From IMG/VR virus record IMGVR_UViG_3300036791_000400, positions 2,650 to 66,649 of that record: a stretch of DNA of 64,000 bases. The stretch is one strand, 5' to 3'. A program made the position numbers and the translations under genes. Shown piece after piece: positions 46,233 to 56,071 of this stretch. The number at the start of each line of letters is the position of its first letter. The stretch's first letter is position 1. Below the pieces are notes generated by a model. That model was not told the origin of the DNA. It was given only the letters and a program-made list of their open reading frames with translations, and searched no databases. Source of the stretch: a virus.

Positions 46233-47792
46233 TCAGTATTTCACCTCCTGCTGGGCGAACAGGCCCAGCAAACAACCCTGCATGCGTGCCTTCGCGCGAA
46301 GGCGTGCATAGGTGGCACTCTCCACCGACGTGCCCGTCAGGTGCACGATCAGTGTCTTATGCGTCTGCCCTGGTCGTACGATCCGTGCGTTCGCCTGCTC
46401 GTAGATATCGAGCGAGGTCGTCGGCGAATACCATACGATGGTGTTGGCTCGCGTCAAGGTGAGACCATGCGCCAAAGTCTGCGGATGTGCAACTATAATC
46501 CGAGGCGAAGTTGTAGTTTGGAACTGGTTGAAAATCTTATCGCGCTGGCCCCTGGATGTGCCCCCATGCACCACGGATACATCATGATGCCTGGCCCTGA
46601 GATGGGTGGCTACGCCCGTCAGCGCGTGAAGAAAGGGCACCATGACCAGGACCTTGCGATCGGTCTCCGCGAGGGCTTCCTCTAAAGCTCTCAACCTTCC
46701 TGTGCTGGGGAGTGCGTAGACCGTCTTACTGTCGGTGTAAATAAATCCGGCTGCGACCTGGAGCAGTTTGCTCTGCAAGATACCTTCGTTCACAGCAGTG
46801 ATAGGTTCGCCCTTGGTCGAGAGCATGCGCGCCTTATTGTACAGTAGTTTGTAGGCTTTGGCGGCGTCGGCATCAAGCATCACTCCTCTGTCTACGTATG
46901 TCGTGTCAGGGAGTTCCATCACATCGTCCAGTGTGTAGCGCACGCTCGGGGACATGGCGGCGCGCACGTGCTCGTTGGCGTCCAGCCGGGGTATCCAGCG
47001 GAACTGGGACACCTTGCGCATCGTGATGTCCTGGAAGTGCATGAAGGTACGCGTCGTGCGCTCGGGGGTGAGCAGGCGCACCTGCGCCCAGGCGTCGGTG
47101 GGTGCGTTGGGGGTGGGGGACCCAGTGAGGCCCCAGGCGTACTCGACCGAGGGCGCGGAGATCACGCGCTGCGCCGCCTTCCACAGCTCGGTGCCCCGAT
47201 TGCGGAACACCGCCAGCTCGTCGAGCACCACGATGTCGAACGCCTTGTCGATGAGGGCCTGACCCAGCACGTTCAACCCGTGGTGGTTGATGATGTAGAT
47301 GTCCGCGTCTTCCGCGAGCAGGCTCAGGCGCTTATCCCGACTACCGTAGAGAACCTTGGTCTTCCGGCGCATCATGAGATTGAACAACTCACGTTCCCAC
47401 ACAGGAGTGAGGGTACTCAACGTGGCGGCAATCAGAACCCGCTTGAGCCCCTGGGTCTTCATCAGCCAGTCCGCAGCGTATAACACGCTCCGGGTTTTGC
47501 CAGTGCCCATCGAGCTGAGTACGTAGCAGCGGGGGCTCTCGGTCAGGAGTGCCGCAGTAGTGCGCTGGATATCCCAGGGCTTGGAACCTAACCAATCATA
47601 CCGTGTCAGAATGGGCGTGGGGATCGCGATCCCCACGTTGCGCGCGACGCGCGCCTCGGCGGCGCCGTTGGGGATCAAGAGCATGCTCGCGCCCTGGTGG
47701 TCGAACTTGCGGGCATGCGGGATCAGCTGCGCGAGATCATGGCGCCAGGGGACTACTACGTGGAGGGCATCTCGGGTCACAAAGGCGTTCAT
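46233..47792 (-). CDS. SNF2-like SF2 helicase
   Basis: SMGTGKT, LDEL, LTGSP.PN, HGLTL..A, EQANARI.RPGQ. Confidence 0.92.
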   Translation of the reverse strand: MNAFVTRDALHVVVPWRHDLAQLIPHARKFDHQGASMLLIPNGAAEARVARNVGIAIPTPILTRYDWLGSKPWDIQRTTAALLTESPRCYVLSSMGTGKTRSVLYAADWLMKTQGLKRVLIAATLSTLTPVWERELFNLMMRRKTKVLYGSRDKRLSLLAEDADIYIINHHGLNVLGQALIDKAFDIVVLDELAVFRNRGTELWKAAQRVISAPSVEYAWGLTGSPTPNAPTDAWAQVRLLTPERTTRTFMHFQDITMRKVSQFRWIPRLDANEHVRAAMSPSVRYTLDDVMELPDTTYVDRGVMLDADAAKAYKLLYNKARMLSTKGEPITAVNEGILQSKLLQVAAGFIYTDSKTVYALPSTGRLRALEEALAETDRKVLVMVPFLHALTGVATHLRARHHDVSVVHGGTSRGQRDKIFNQFQTTTSPRIIVAHPQTLAHGLTLTRANTIVWYSPTTSLDIYEQANARIVRPGQTHKTLIVHLTGTSVESATYARLRAKARMQGCLLGLFAQQEVKY

Positions 47793-48118
47793 GCGCGTTT
47801 CCTGATCGTGATTTTCACTTCGTCCAAGACAATCGCGTCCAGCCATGACTTGAGGTCAGCCAATGTATCATCATCATAGACCACAAAGGGAGCGCCGCCG
47901 GCGTTGAGGATGTCCACGATGGTTCCTGATTGCAGTGGGGTGGGCTTGGCACCTGGACGCTTGGCTTCGATGGCGAAGAACTCACCGTGTGCGCACCCTA
48001 GATAGTCGAGCGTGCGCTTGCCGTAGCCGATGGGCACCGGCATGTAGTAGTAAAGTTTACTACCGTAGCTGTCAAGCAATGTTTTGATCTTGTTCTTAAT
48101 TTTTCCTTCGGGGGTCAT
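47789..48118 (-). CDS. VRR-NUC domain nuclease
   Basis: MTPEGKIK, DYLGC..G.FFAIEAK.PG.KPT.LQ. Confidence 0.88.
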   Translation of the reverse strand: MTPEGKIKNKIKTLLDSYGSKLYYYMPVPIGYGKRTLDYLGCAHGEFFAIEAKRPGAKPTPLQSGTIVDILNAGGAPFVVYDDDTLADLKSWLDAIVLDEVKITIRKRA

Positions 48119-48119
48119 G

Positions 48120-48440
48120 TCACACCATCAGGTTGAGATAAGCTATAAGCGTCGGATCAACCACGCCGCGCTCGATGATCCGGCTCCAGTAGCGATAGGG
48201 TTTATCTACCATCTCGCTGGTGCACAGCAACTGCGCCGGCCCGAGTTCAACCAGACGGTACACGCGCACCTCGTCGCGATCGAACAGCATGAAGCCCACC
48301 TTGCGATGCAGGCTCTTGGGTATCTGACGCAGGCACATGAGGTTGAAGTCGGTCTGGTTCAGCTCGCTCACGTCGAGCCGGGTACCCGGCTTGACCACCT
48401 CGCGATACGCAAGCAGGCGTTCATACTGGCGTCGCTTCAT
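48120..48440 (-). CDS. Hypothetical protein
   Basis: ORF in tight operon. Confidence 0.65.
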   Translation of the reverse strand: MKRRQYERLLAYREVVKPGTRLDVSELNQTDFNLMCLRQIPKSLHRKVGFMLFDRDEVRVYRLVELGPAQLLCTSEMVDKPYRYWSRIIERGVVDPTLIAYLNLMV

Positions 48441-48724
48441 AGCGTCACGTTGAGCAGTGCGATGAACTCCGGCGGCAGCGTAAGGCCATCATGCAGGTCG
48501 GTCTCGAAGATGCGGTCCTTGGTATCGATCATGACGATCCTGGGCGCCAACATGACCGCGTCACTGCGTACCCAGATGTTGAGGATGAGCTTCCGAAGTG
48601 CTGGCGGCAACTGAATGCGCACGTGCGCGACCAGCTCGCGATAGTCGTTCACGCGACTCTCTGCCATGTCGGCCAGGTTCATATGATAGGCGGGCGCCGA
48701 TGGGAGCAGACCGGTCGCCCCCAT
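48437..48724 (-). CDS. Hypothetical protein (start uncertain)
   Basis: 3' part of the 48437-48886 ORF; GTGA-type overlap with next gene. Confidence 0.55.
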   Translation of the reverse strand: MGATGLLPSAPAYHMNLADMAESRVNDYRELVAHVRIQLPPALRKLILNIWVRSDAVMLAPRIVMIDTKDRIFETDLHDGLTLPPEFIALLNVTL

Positions 48725-48731
48725 CACCCGG

Positions 48732-49421
48732 TTACTTCCCGTGGTACGGACATGACACGACGGCGCAGTAGCGTTTGCAGAGCCCGGATGGCCTGGGCGG
48801 GTATTCCTGCGACTGGCGGGCATCGACCACCTTCCTGACACGGGGCAGCAGCTCGCCCCAGATTTCGGTGACATCACCGCGCACATACTCGGCCGGCTCG
48901 GTGTGGTTGTGGTTGATGAACAGCAGCGCCGCCTTGACCCGTACCAGCTTGGGGTCCTGAGCGAACATCACGGCCGACATGAGTTGGAGCTGGGTGGGAT
49001 CGGGCGAGGGCTTGCCCGTTTTCCAGTCCAGCACCACGGCCACGCGCCCCTGGGTCTCGTCGCGCACCTTGCATGCATCTATGACCGTGCGACACCACAC
49101 GCCCTTGCCGAAGAACGCCACCGGCTTGAAGTCAGAGGTGATCGCCAGCTTCTGCTCGGAATAGGTGCGCCCAGGTGCTGCCACGAACTTGGCGAGCATG
49201 TTCTCATACTGGCCCATTCCCAACGGTAGTGAAGTGCCCTTGGAGATGCGATGATCGAACGCGGTGTGAAGTGCGTAACCCCCGCGCAGGGCTTCGGTCT
49301 CCGGTTCGGTCACGTCCTTGGCGACGTTGTAGTGGTAGTAGCGCTTGGGACAGGTCTCGAAATTCTTGAGCTGCGAGTATGACCACGCGAAGCCCGGCTG
49401 GGTGGCGACGGTGAAGCTCAT
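48732..49421 (-). CDS. PD-(D/E)XK (Cas4/RecB-like) exonuclease
   Basis: WSYS.L..FETCP, ID....DWKTGK, QL, C.RYC....C. Confidence 0.9.
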   Translation of the reverse strand: MSFTVATQPGFAWSYSQLKNFETCPKRYYHYNVAKDVTEPETEALRGGYALHTAFDHRISKGTSLPLGMGQYENMLAKFVAAPGRTYSEQKLAITSDFKPVAFFGKGVWCRTVIDACKVRDETQGRVAVVLDWKTGKPSPDPTQLQLMSAVMFAQDPKLVRVKAALLFINHNHTEPAEYVRGDVTEIWGELLPRVRKVVDARQSQEYPPRPSGLCKRYCAVVSCPYHGK

Positions 49422-49777
49422 GGTGTGTTACCTTGTCCGTAGATCAAGCTTTCCCACACCGATCTGGGCGACGCGTGCAGCGTGGCGCGTTGAGAGTTCA
49501 CCGGTGGCAGACTGGCTTTACGGCACACACCTGCTTTGGCAAGCCGCATCATCACCGGCCCGAACGCACGTTGATCGTGGGTATTCGCTGTCAGACCGAC
49601 TGCGTAGGCTCGGCGATACACGTCGTCAGAGGTGAAGTAACGCATGGCACGCGCGGTAGCCACGGCATGCGCCTCCATCTGCACCGACCAGCTCGTACTG
49701 GCCGCACCGGCGACCTGCGCCATCCCTGCGGCCTTCGCCGCGTTCGCAGCGGCGCGACTGAACATGGTACCGCTCAT
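49418..49777 (-). CDS. Hypothetical protein, possibly winged-helix DNA binding
   Basis: FTSDDV...RAFG.VM..LAKAG...W.S. Confidence 0.7.
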   Translation of the reverse strand: MSGTMFSRAAANAAKAAGMAQVAGAASTSWSVQMEAHAVATARAMRYFTSDDVYRRAYAVGLTANTHDQRAFGPVMMRLAKAGVCRKASLPPVNSQRATLHASPRSVWESLIYGQGNTP

Positions 49778-50313
49778 GCAGCTTTCCCTCGTTTTGCCCC
49801 GACAACATGCAGTTTGTGACCCGCAATACCGGCATTGCGTGCCGCGATCCGACGGATACGGGTGCTGGTAGTTTCCTTCTTCTTGTAGGTGGGGTCGGCC
49901 GCCTGGAGAGCAGCAACCTCAGCACGCCGGTTGGCCACTCTGGCCGCGACCTTGGCCTTCTGCGCGTCTGTCTTCTGGTTATACGCAGGTTCGTTGTCGA
50001 TAAGTTTGAGCCGAAGGCGATGTGATTTTCCCTCCGGTAGTGTCAGCGTGCCGTCGTCATTCAACTCCTGGAGCGTGAGCGCAGTACGAGGTATCGCGTA
50101 GTGATGCACCCGGCCCTTCCAGGTGATGGTCACGACGTTGACATTGACCTTGAGCCAGGTCGGATCAGGGTCCTTGATGGTGCGGCGGATGCAGTTCGCA
50201 ATCACGCATCTGGTAGGCGAGCCGCAGACCGCATCCAGCGTGTCAACGCGGATCAGCAGCAAATCAAGTATCGCCGGCAGTGTGTTCAGTCTGACCTTAT
50301 GCTGTTTTGCCAT
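49774..50313 (-). CDS. Hypothetical protein
   Basis: GGAGTAGTGAGC SD before MAKQHK; C...P.RC.IA. Confidence 0.65.
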   Translation of the reverse strand: MAKQHKVRLNTLPAILDLLLIRVDTLDAVCGSPTRCVIANCIRRTIKDPDPTWLKVNVNVVTITWKGRVHHYAIPRTALTLQELNDDGTLTLPEGKSHRLRLKLIDNEPAYNQKTDAQKAKVAARVANRRAEVAALQAADPTYKKKETTSTRIRRIAARNAGIAGHKLHVVGAKRGKAA

Positions 50314-50324
50314 GCTCACTACTC

Positions 50325-52250
50325 CTACTGGTTCAGTCCCTGTTCGGCCTCCAAGAGTGTGTTCCCCCAACCTCCCTCGCTGGCCAAGGGCAGGCCCGTG
50401 GCCCAGTCGGACGGGGTCGCGAACTCGCGCGTGAGCATCTGATCGAAGCTCTCGGCCTCGGCCTCAGGCACACAATACTCGTGGCTATCATAAGTCGACA
50501 TGAACGGATGGTATTTCGTGCGCTTGTGCACGCGCAACATGATATCGGTGACCACGATGCGCGCCAGTGCCTGGCACATGTTCTCGATCACCTTGCACCC
50601 GTAGATTTTCTTCAGCCCGTAGGGACCCTCATAGTATACGTCGTTGCCCAGACCGAGCCGGCGGCCGATGCCGGGATACTGGAGCGCCATCCCGTTGGGC
50701 AGCCACAGGGCTTCGTCGCCCTCGCGCACCACCGGCAACCTGGGCGGCAGCGGCTTTTTCCGCTCACCCAGCGGCTTCCTGGGCTCGTGGTCCGGTTCGC
50801 CGGCGGCGCGCAGGATCATTCGTTCGATCGCCGCGTCGGCGCGGCGCCACAGCCTGGACACCTCGGGATATTCACTCCGGTAGAGATCGACCAGCGTCTT
50901 CGAGCGCGTCTCGTCCAGCGTGACCGATACCCCGCCCTGGCCGATGAACAGCACGGTCTGGAACTTGGCGGCACCACAGCCGTAGCCCAGGCCCAGCACG
51001 CTGGTCTTGCCCACGAACCGCTCCAGGGCATTCGCCTTGGAGACAGGGTAGCCATAAAATTGCGTGGCGAACTCGGAGTACACGTCGCGGCCCTGCTCGA
51101 ACGCCTCCAGCAGCTTGGTACATCCAGCCAGCCACGCCAGCATCCGGCACTCGATCTGCGAGCTGTCCCGGTGCACCAGGCGGTACCCAGGCGGTGCGGT
51201 GATCGCATCCCGGATGGGCGCGCCGCGCCGCAGGTTCGCGAAGTTGAACCCGCCGTCACCGGAAAATCTTCCGGTGTGTGCGCCGTAGTAGCGGTAGGGC
51301 ACGGGCATCCAGCCGGTGGCCTGGGCCGATCCCCATTCCCGGAGTGACAGGCTCAGGAGCGTCTCGGTCCGGCTCTCGTCGATGGTGGACTTGACCCCCT
51401 TGCGGCATGCCAGGAGCGCCTGGACCTCTTGTGTCTGGGTATCATCCTCGCATAGCTCTTTGAAATCGCGGTCGTTGCGTGCCAGCGCCGGGATCGTCTC
51501 ACCCGTTGTGGGTGATACTTTGGTGGGAACTTCCACACCATGTTGTTCCAGTAAGGCTGCGAATTTCTGATTGGAACTGAACACGCTTTTGTCCAAATGT
51601 GCGAACTGCGCCAGCGCCTGCGCTTTGAGCGCGCGCACATGGTGTAATTGTTCTGCCAGCTTGTTCGCGTCCAGCCTGACCTGCGGCGCGATGAACATAC
51701 GCAGCGCCAGGTCGATCACCCTTAGCTCGGATCGCGGGAAACCCGCGATCATAAGTCGGTCAAAGATGTCCCGGCATAGGTCGGTATCATGAGCACAGTA
51801 GTCGCTGTAGATAGCCAGTTCGTCGAGGGTGAAGTGTTCGAGGCGCTTGCCCTTGGCGTGTATCACGGCGTCGCCCTTGGGACGCAGTTCGAAGAACTGC
51901 GCGACCGCCTTGAGTGCGGACGAACCCACCACAGCATGCGTGGTAGCTCTGGCCATTGAGACTGTATCGAGATACAGCTTGGGCGTGTGACCATAGCGCC
52001 ACGCCAGGATCGCGCCGTCAAACCTGGTATTGTGCGACAGTAGTGCCACGTTATCCCAGGGCACGCGCGCCAGGGCGTCACGCACACACGCCTCGCCCAC
52101 GGACACCTGCGTGGGCTCATTATCGCGCTTGATGCTCACCATGATGGTCTGAAACAAGGGCGAGAGAATGTACTCGACCTCGGACATTTTCGTCAGCGAG
52201 TAGTTCTGATCGTAGTACGTTTCAAAGTCCAGCGTGACTATCATGCTCAC
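50325..52250 (-). CDS. polA: DNA polymerase, family A, with 3'-5' exonuclease
   Basis: LDFETY exo I, HN..FD, HTGRFSG, motif A DSSQIECR, motif B GKTSVLGLGYG. Confidence 0.93.
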   Translation of the reverse strand: MSMIVTLDFETYYDQNYSLTKMSEVEYILSPLFQTIMVSIKRDNEPTQVSVGEACVRDALARVPWDNVALLSHNTRFDGAILAWRYGHTPKLYLDTVSMARATTHAVVGSSALKAVAQFFELRPKGDAVIHAKGKRLEHFTLDELAIYSDYCAHDTDLCRDIFDRLMIAGFPRSELRVIDLALRMFIAPQVRLDANKLAEQLHHVRALKAQALAQFAHLDKSVFSSNQKFAALLEQHGVEVPTKVSPTTGETIPALARNDRDFKELCEDDTQTQEVQALLACRKGVKSTIDESRTETLLSLSLREWGSAQATGWMPVPYRYYGAHTGRFSGDGGFNFANLRRGAPIRDAITAPPGYRLVHRDSSQIECRMLAWLAGCTKLLEAFEQGRDVYSEFATQFYGYPVSKANALERFVGKTSVLGLGYGCGAAKFQTVLFIGQGGVSVTLDETRSKTLVDLYRSEYPEVSRLWRRADAAIERMILRAAGEPDHEPRKPLGERKKPLPPRLPVVREGDEALWLPNGMALQYPGIGRRLGLGNDVYYEGPYGLKKIYGCKVIENMCQALARIVVTDIMLRVHKRTKYHPFMSTYDSHEYCVPEAEAESFDQMLTREFATPSDWATGLPLASEGGWGNTLLEAEQGLNQ

Positions 52251-52283
52251 CTCATGGCTCCGAGTGTAGGGAATGCTCGCGCG

Positions 52284-53096
52284 TCAGTCCAGGTTTAAGT
52301 CGCCCTGGAGATGCTCCCAGGCATCACACGTCGCGCGGATTTCACGCTCGGGATGCTTGTATTCGTCCAGTACCGTACCCGCCGTGAGCACGATGTCGGC
52401 GACCTTGATTAACTTACCCCAGCGTTCGATGGTCTCTGGTGTGGGTTGATAGGCTTTGAGGGACCGTGTGGGATTGCGAAACCGGTCGCGCCACATGGTG
52501 TCGTTCGCCCACGTGCCTCTCTTGTGGTCGTATCTCTGCCCCATGCTTTCGGTCAGCGTGGTAAGCATGGGCCACAGCGCCAACAGGTGCGAGCTGGTCT
52601 TCACCAACTTCTCGCTGTTCATGATCTTCGCCGAAGCATGAACCGTGATCTCGACCATGCGCTTCTGCTGGATCACGCGAGTAATCCACTGGATCAAATC
52701 CCGGCGTTCCGCGTCGCTCAGTCCACTCAGATCGGGCACCAGATAGTGATCCTCGTTGGGATCGAAGTTCGTGGTGCGCATGCCGTACTGGGTGGCACGA
52801 TCCACGAATATCTGCTCCGGCAGCACCAGGCTGATTACCACACCCCTGCGCAGACCCGGAACCTTTTCACGCAGGAACGCCAGCCGCACCTGGCTATGTC
52901 TGGCGATTGTTCTGATACCCTTGGCGGACAGATCGCGCATCGTTGCCAGTTGGTCCGCCGGCAGCACCGCGTTCTGGATTTGCTCGACGGTCATCGGGAA
53001 GTCGGCCAGCGCGTAGCTCAGCGTGCGCATAGCCAGTTGGTTGGCGCGGCCACGCAGGTGATCGCGGATCGAACCAGACAGATGGTAATTTGGCAC
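52284..53096 (-). CDS. Hypothetical protein
   Basis: 270-aa ORF; GGAGTGAGC SD, GTG start. Confidence 0.8.
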   Translation of the reverse strand: MPNYHLSGSIRDHLRGRANQLAMRTLSYALADFPMTVEQIQNAVLPADQLATMRDLSAKGIRTIARHSQVRLAFLREKVPGLRRGVVISLVLPEQIFVDRATQYGMRTTNFDPNEDHYLVPDLSGLSDAERRDLIQWITRVIQQKRMVEITVHASAKIMNSEKLVKTSSHLLALWPMLTTLTESMGQRYDHKRGTWANDTMWRDRFRNPTRSLKAYQPTPETIERWGKLIKVADIVLTAGTVLDEYKHPEREIRATCDAWEHLQGDLNLD

Positions 53097-53120
53097 GGTT
53101 TGCTCACTCCGGTAGTTGGG

Positions 53121-53282
53121 TTATTCCAATTCGTCGAGTGCTTCTAGGACTTTCACGTAGGCGTCCCTGACGCCCCTTCGATACGCCAGGTTTTCCGCTG
53201 TCCCGCCACGTTCCGGCAGCGTTGGCGAGTGCAACGCGTCGATCGCTGCTTGCAGCTCCTCGATAAGCTCCTGCCTGGTCAT
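53121..53282 (-). CDS. 53-aa hypothetical protein
   Basis: MTRQELIEELQAAIDAL... read by hand; fills the gap. Confidence 0.55.
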   Translation of the reverse strand: MTRQELIEELQAAIDALHSPTLPERGGTAENLAYRRGVRDAYVKVLEALDELE

Positions 53283-53283
53283 C

Positions 53284-53559
53284 TCAGGGCGCCTGGAGGC
53301 AGAGCCAGGCGATCGCGTGTTCAGTCAGCCACCACTCCTCGGGCACGCGCACGCGTTTCGGCGAGCCGCGATCATTCGTTATGAACGCGACCTCGATGTC
53401 CTTCCAGTATGCACGCTTGTAGGCCCACGCTACCTTGGATCGCAGTCCTTCGGGCAACGCGTGTATCAGCTCGTCTTCGAGCGCGCAGTTGCGATCCAGG
53501 TCGTGGTTGTATGCCTGGGCGTTGATGTGATCCACCACGTCCTCCAGTTCGTGTCCCAT
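53284..53559 (-). CDS. Hypothetical protein
   Basis: MGHELEDV start coupled to the VWA gene stop. Confidence 0.6.
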   Translation of the reverse strand: MGHELEDVVDHINAQAYNHDLDRNCALEDELIHALPEGLRSKVAWAYKRAYWKDIEVAFITNDRGSPKRVRVPEEWWLTEHAIAWLCLQAP

Positions 53560-54938
53560 CACTCCACCTTGATGCGAACGACCTCGCCCCACGGTGCGTC
53601 CACGTCCGTGGTCGCGGCCCAGATCACCGGATACGCGGGCGCAGCGTCGGGGAAGCTGCCGTACATGTCGGTCAGATAGACCAGGCACTCGGGTTTGAGA
53701 TTATGTTCATCCACGTGGTCAAACACCGGCCGGAAGTCGGTACCGCCGCCGCCCATCACGCCCTTGGCACGCAGACCCTCGAACTCGTCCAGCGAGGCCA
53801 CCTCATCCACCTGGGTCACCCGCATGTCGCAACCGATCACGGTGATCTGCCTGGGCTTGCAGTCGTTCAGTATCCCGCCCACTTCGGCCAGGAACGTATC
53901 CAGCTCCCTTGCTCCGATCGACCCTGACGTGTCGATGCCAACGACGACCAATTCGCAGCCATAGCCCCGCCGGCCAGGCGCGATGACAAGGGGGTTCAGC
54001 GCGAGCCGGCGCCGGTTGGGCCGGGTCCAGGTCTCGCCACGCGAGCCGATCTTGCCGGTCATCAGGAGCCGGATGTGATCGCGCCAGTCGACCTGCGGGT
54101 CGAGAATGCTCTCGGCCAGCCGCTGGACCGAGCCGGGACAGTTGCCCATGGCCTTGGCGGCACCCAGCGCGCGCGCCACGGCTTCCTTGAACTCGTTGGC
54201 GTCGGGCAGGTCCACGGCGCCCGTGGCAGGGTCGACCGGGGGAGGCAGTATCTCGTCGAACGTGCCCCCTTTGCCGCGCGCCGTGGGATCACCCCTGGCG
54301 CCCCTGGGCGCCTTGCCCGTTGATCCGGCTGTCGGTAACCCTTGCGGCGGCGCCCCTTGCTGCGGCCCCTGCGGGGCACCCTGGGCGGGTTGGTTACTAC
54401 CGGAGGGAGGTTGACCCCCCTGGCCACCAGAGCTGCCCTGGCCCTGCCCCTGGCCCTGGCCGGGGGGTGGCTTCTGATACAGCCGCTCATAGATATCCTC
54501 CCAGAGTTCCGTGCCCTTGATCCGGGGATCAAACAGCCAGTCCGGGTTGATCGCGCCGACGCCGGTCTCGACCAGATCGGCGTTGATCACGAAGTCCTCG
54601 CAGACGTTGGCGAACATGGACGAGTAGGGCAGGCCACGGATATCCCCCTCGCGGGTGTAGTAGGCGCCGCGCTGGCAGTGCCCGTTCACGATGTGGGACA
54701 TCTCGTGGGCGAACACGAACACCTGCTCCTGGGTCTTCAGCGAACAGAAATACTCGGGGTTAATAAATATGTGCCGCCCATCGGTTGCGGCCGAGGGCAC
54801 GTCCCTTGTGGGCACCTCCTTGGCGATCGAGTAGAACAGGTGGGAGTAGAAGGGTGTGGCGATCATGAACGCGACGCGCGCGGTCTGGACCTGACGCTCT
54901 TGTTCGGGTGATAGCTTGGCGCGGGTAAACATGCTCAC
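53559..54938 (-). CDS. DUF2201-type metallopeptidase plus VWA domain protein
   Basis: AATDG...NPEYF, HEMSH, D..IN; MIDAS DTSGS, GGGGTDF, YLTD. Confidence 0.9.
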   Translation of the reverse strand: MSMFTRAKLSPEQERQVQTARVAFMIATPFYSHLFYSIAKEVPTRDVPSAATDGRHIFINPEYFCSLKTQEQVFVFAHEMSHIVNGHCQRGAYYTREGDIRGLPYSSMFANVCEDFVINADLVETGVGAINPDWLFDPRIKGTELWEDIYERLYQKPPPGQGQGQGQGSSGGQGGQPPSGSNQPAQGAPQGPQQGAPPQGLPTAGSTGKAPRGARGDPTARGKGGTFDEILPPPVDPATGAVDLPDANEFKEAVARALGAAKAMGNCPGSVQRLAESILDPQVDWRDHIRLLMTGKIGSRGETWTRPNRRRLALNPLVIAPGRRGYGCELVVVGIDTSGSIGARELDTFLAEVGGILNDCKPRQITVIGCDMRVTQVDEVASLDEFEGLRAKGVMGGGGTDFRPVFDHVDEHNLKPECLVYLTDMYGSFPDAAPAYPVIWAATTDVDAPWGEVVRIKVE

Positions 54939-54958
54939 TCCGGTAGTTGGGTCAGGAT

Positions 54959-55510
54959 TTATCTCAGTCGGCTGGCGATCTTGGTCGCGATGTGTCTCCG
55001 ATCGCGGCGATTGAGCTTGGGTAACTCTTCCTTCTCCGCTTTGACCGGCTCAGCTTTCACGCTGAGTGAATTATAGCGCAGCCAGTCGGGGCACTGGATC
55101 AGGATGGTTTTGTCGTTAGCGTCGTAGGTGAACTCGACATCCCCGAGTGGGGCGGGCACTTCGTTGATCGCGTAGTGCTTGAAGCGAACGAACGCGATGT
55201 TCATCGCAAATGTCAGCGCGCCCGCTTTGCTGACGGCGAGTACGTAGCCGCGCTGATCCCCTTCGGTGAGCATCAGGAAGCCGGCGTCCTCGCCGGTGCC
55301 CTCGTGGATGTCCACGTGCAGGCTCTTGCGACCGTTGGGATCGGTGTGCAATTTCCAGCCCAGCGCGTCGATCAGCACCTGGTTGATGTAGAACGCCACG
55401 CTGCGCGGATGCTTGTCGTCCTGTAGGTAACACGACATGCGCACGTTGGGCTGGTCGGTGACGGTGCGCCAGCCGCCGGAGGCTGCCTTGTCGACTTTGG
55501 TAAAGGTCAT
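54959..55510 (-). CDS. Hypothetical protein
   Basis: 183-aa ORF; GAGAGTGAGC SD; NRRDRR tail. Confidence 0.78.
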   Translation of the reverse strand: MTFTKVDKAASGGWRTVTDQPNVRMSCYLQDDKHPRSVAFYINQVLIDALGWKLHTDPNGRKSLHVDIHEGTGEDAGFLMLTEGDQRGYVLAVSKAGALTFAMNIAFVRFKHYAINEVPAPLGDVEFTYDANDKTILIQCPDWLRYNSLSVKAEPVKAEKEELPKLNRRDRRHIATKIASRLR

Positions 55511-55528
55511 CTGCTCACTCTCTCATAT

Positions 55529-55576
55529 TTCGGCGCCGCCTGCGGCGGACGCGATTGACTACGGTAGTCAGTCAAG
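55529..55576 (-). repeat. Modular repeat element copy 2 (left inverted repeat)
   Basis: Inverted match to 56013-56060 and to 436-485. Confidence 0.8.
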
Positions 55577-55798
55577 GTGAAGGTTGCGCCGGGTCTCGTA
55601 CACCTTGCCCCATGAACGCTCGTGCCAGTTGAGCGCCTCGACAATCAAACGCACATCGTCGAGGTTATGGATGCTCGCCATCACACGCGGCGTGGCGCCT
55701 TCCTCGCGTTCGACGATGTGGTAGAGCGTGCGGAACGACGCAGGCTCGGTGGCGCCGACCTCGTAGCTATAGCGTGAAGTGTTGGTTTGCGCGATCAT
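55568..55798 (-). CDS. Hypothetical protein
   Basis: GGAGG SD; coupled ORF. Confidence 0.65.
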   Translation of the reverse strand: MIAQTNTSRYSYEVGATEPASFRTLYHIVEREEGATPRVMASIHNLDDVRLIVEALNWHERSWGKVYETRRNLHLD

Positions 55799-55983
55799 TC
55801 GTTGTTACCCTCCTGTATAACTTCGACACACACCTCCTGAAGCTCAGGCGTGCCGGCGATGTGCTCGTTCTCGCGGATGATGCTCTCGGCCACGATGCGT
55901 GCGTGGTCCTCGTCGCGCGCAGCGATCTCCAGGTGAAAGCCGCCGGCCCAGTAGACCGTGCCCTCGATCACATAGGTCTTCAT
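55795..55983 (-). CDS. Small acidic protein
   Basis: GGAGG SD; resembles 58452-58655 in the pattern EI.A.....A. Confidence 0.65.
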   Translation of the reverse strand: MKTYVIEGTVYWAGGFHLEIAARDEDHARIVAESIIRENEHIAGTPELQEVCVEVIQEGNNE

Positions 55984-55994
55984 TGCTCATGCCT

Positions 55995-56060
55995 CCTCGC
56001 CGCATCGCGCGGCTCGACTGACTACGGTAGTATGGTGGCGTCCGGCTGCGCCGGCGCCGA
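55995..56060 (+). repeat. Modular repeat element copy 3 (right inverted repeat)
   Basis: 55995-56017 matches the reverse complement of 1159-1181 at 22/23; same architecture as 419-484. Confidence 0.82.
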
Positions 56061-56071
56061 TGTATGGGTCT

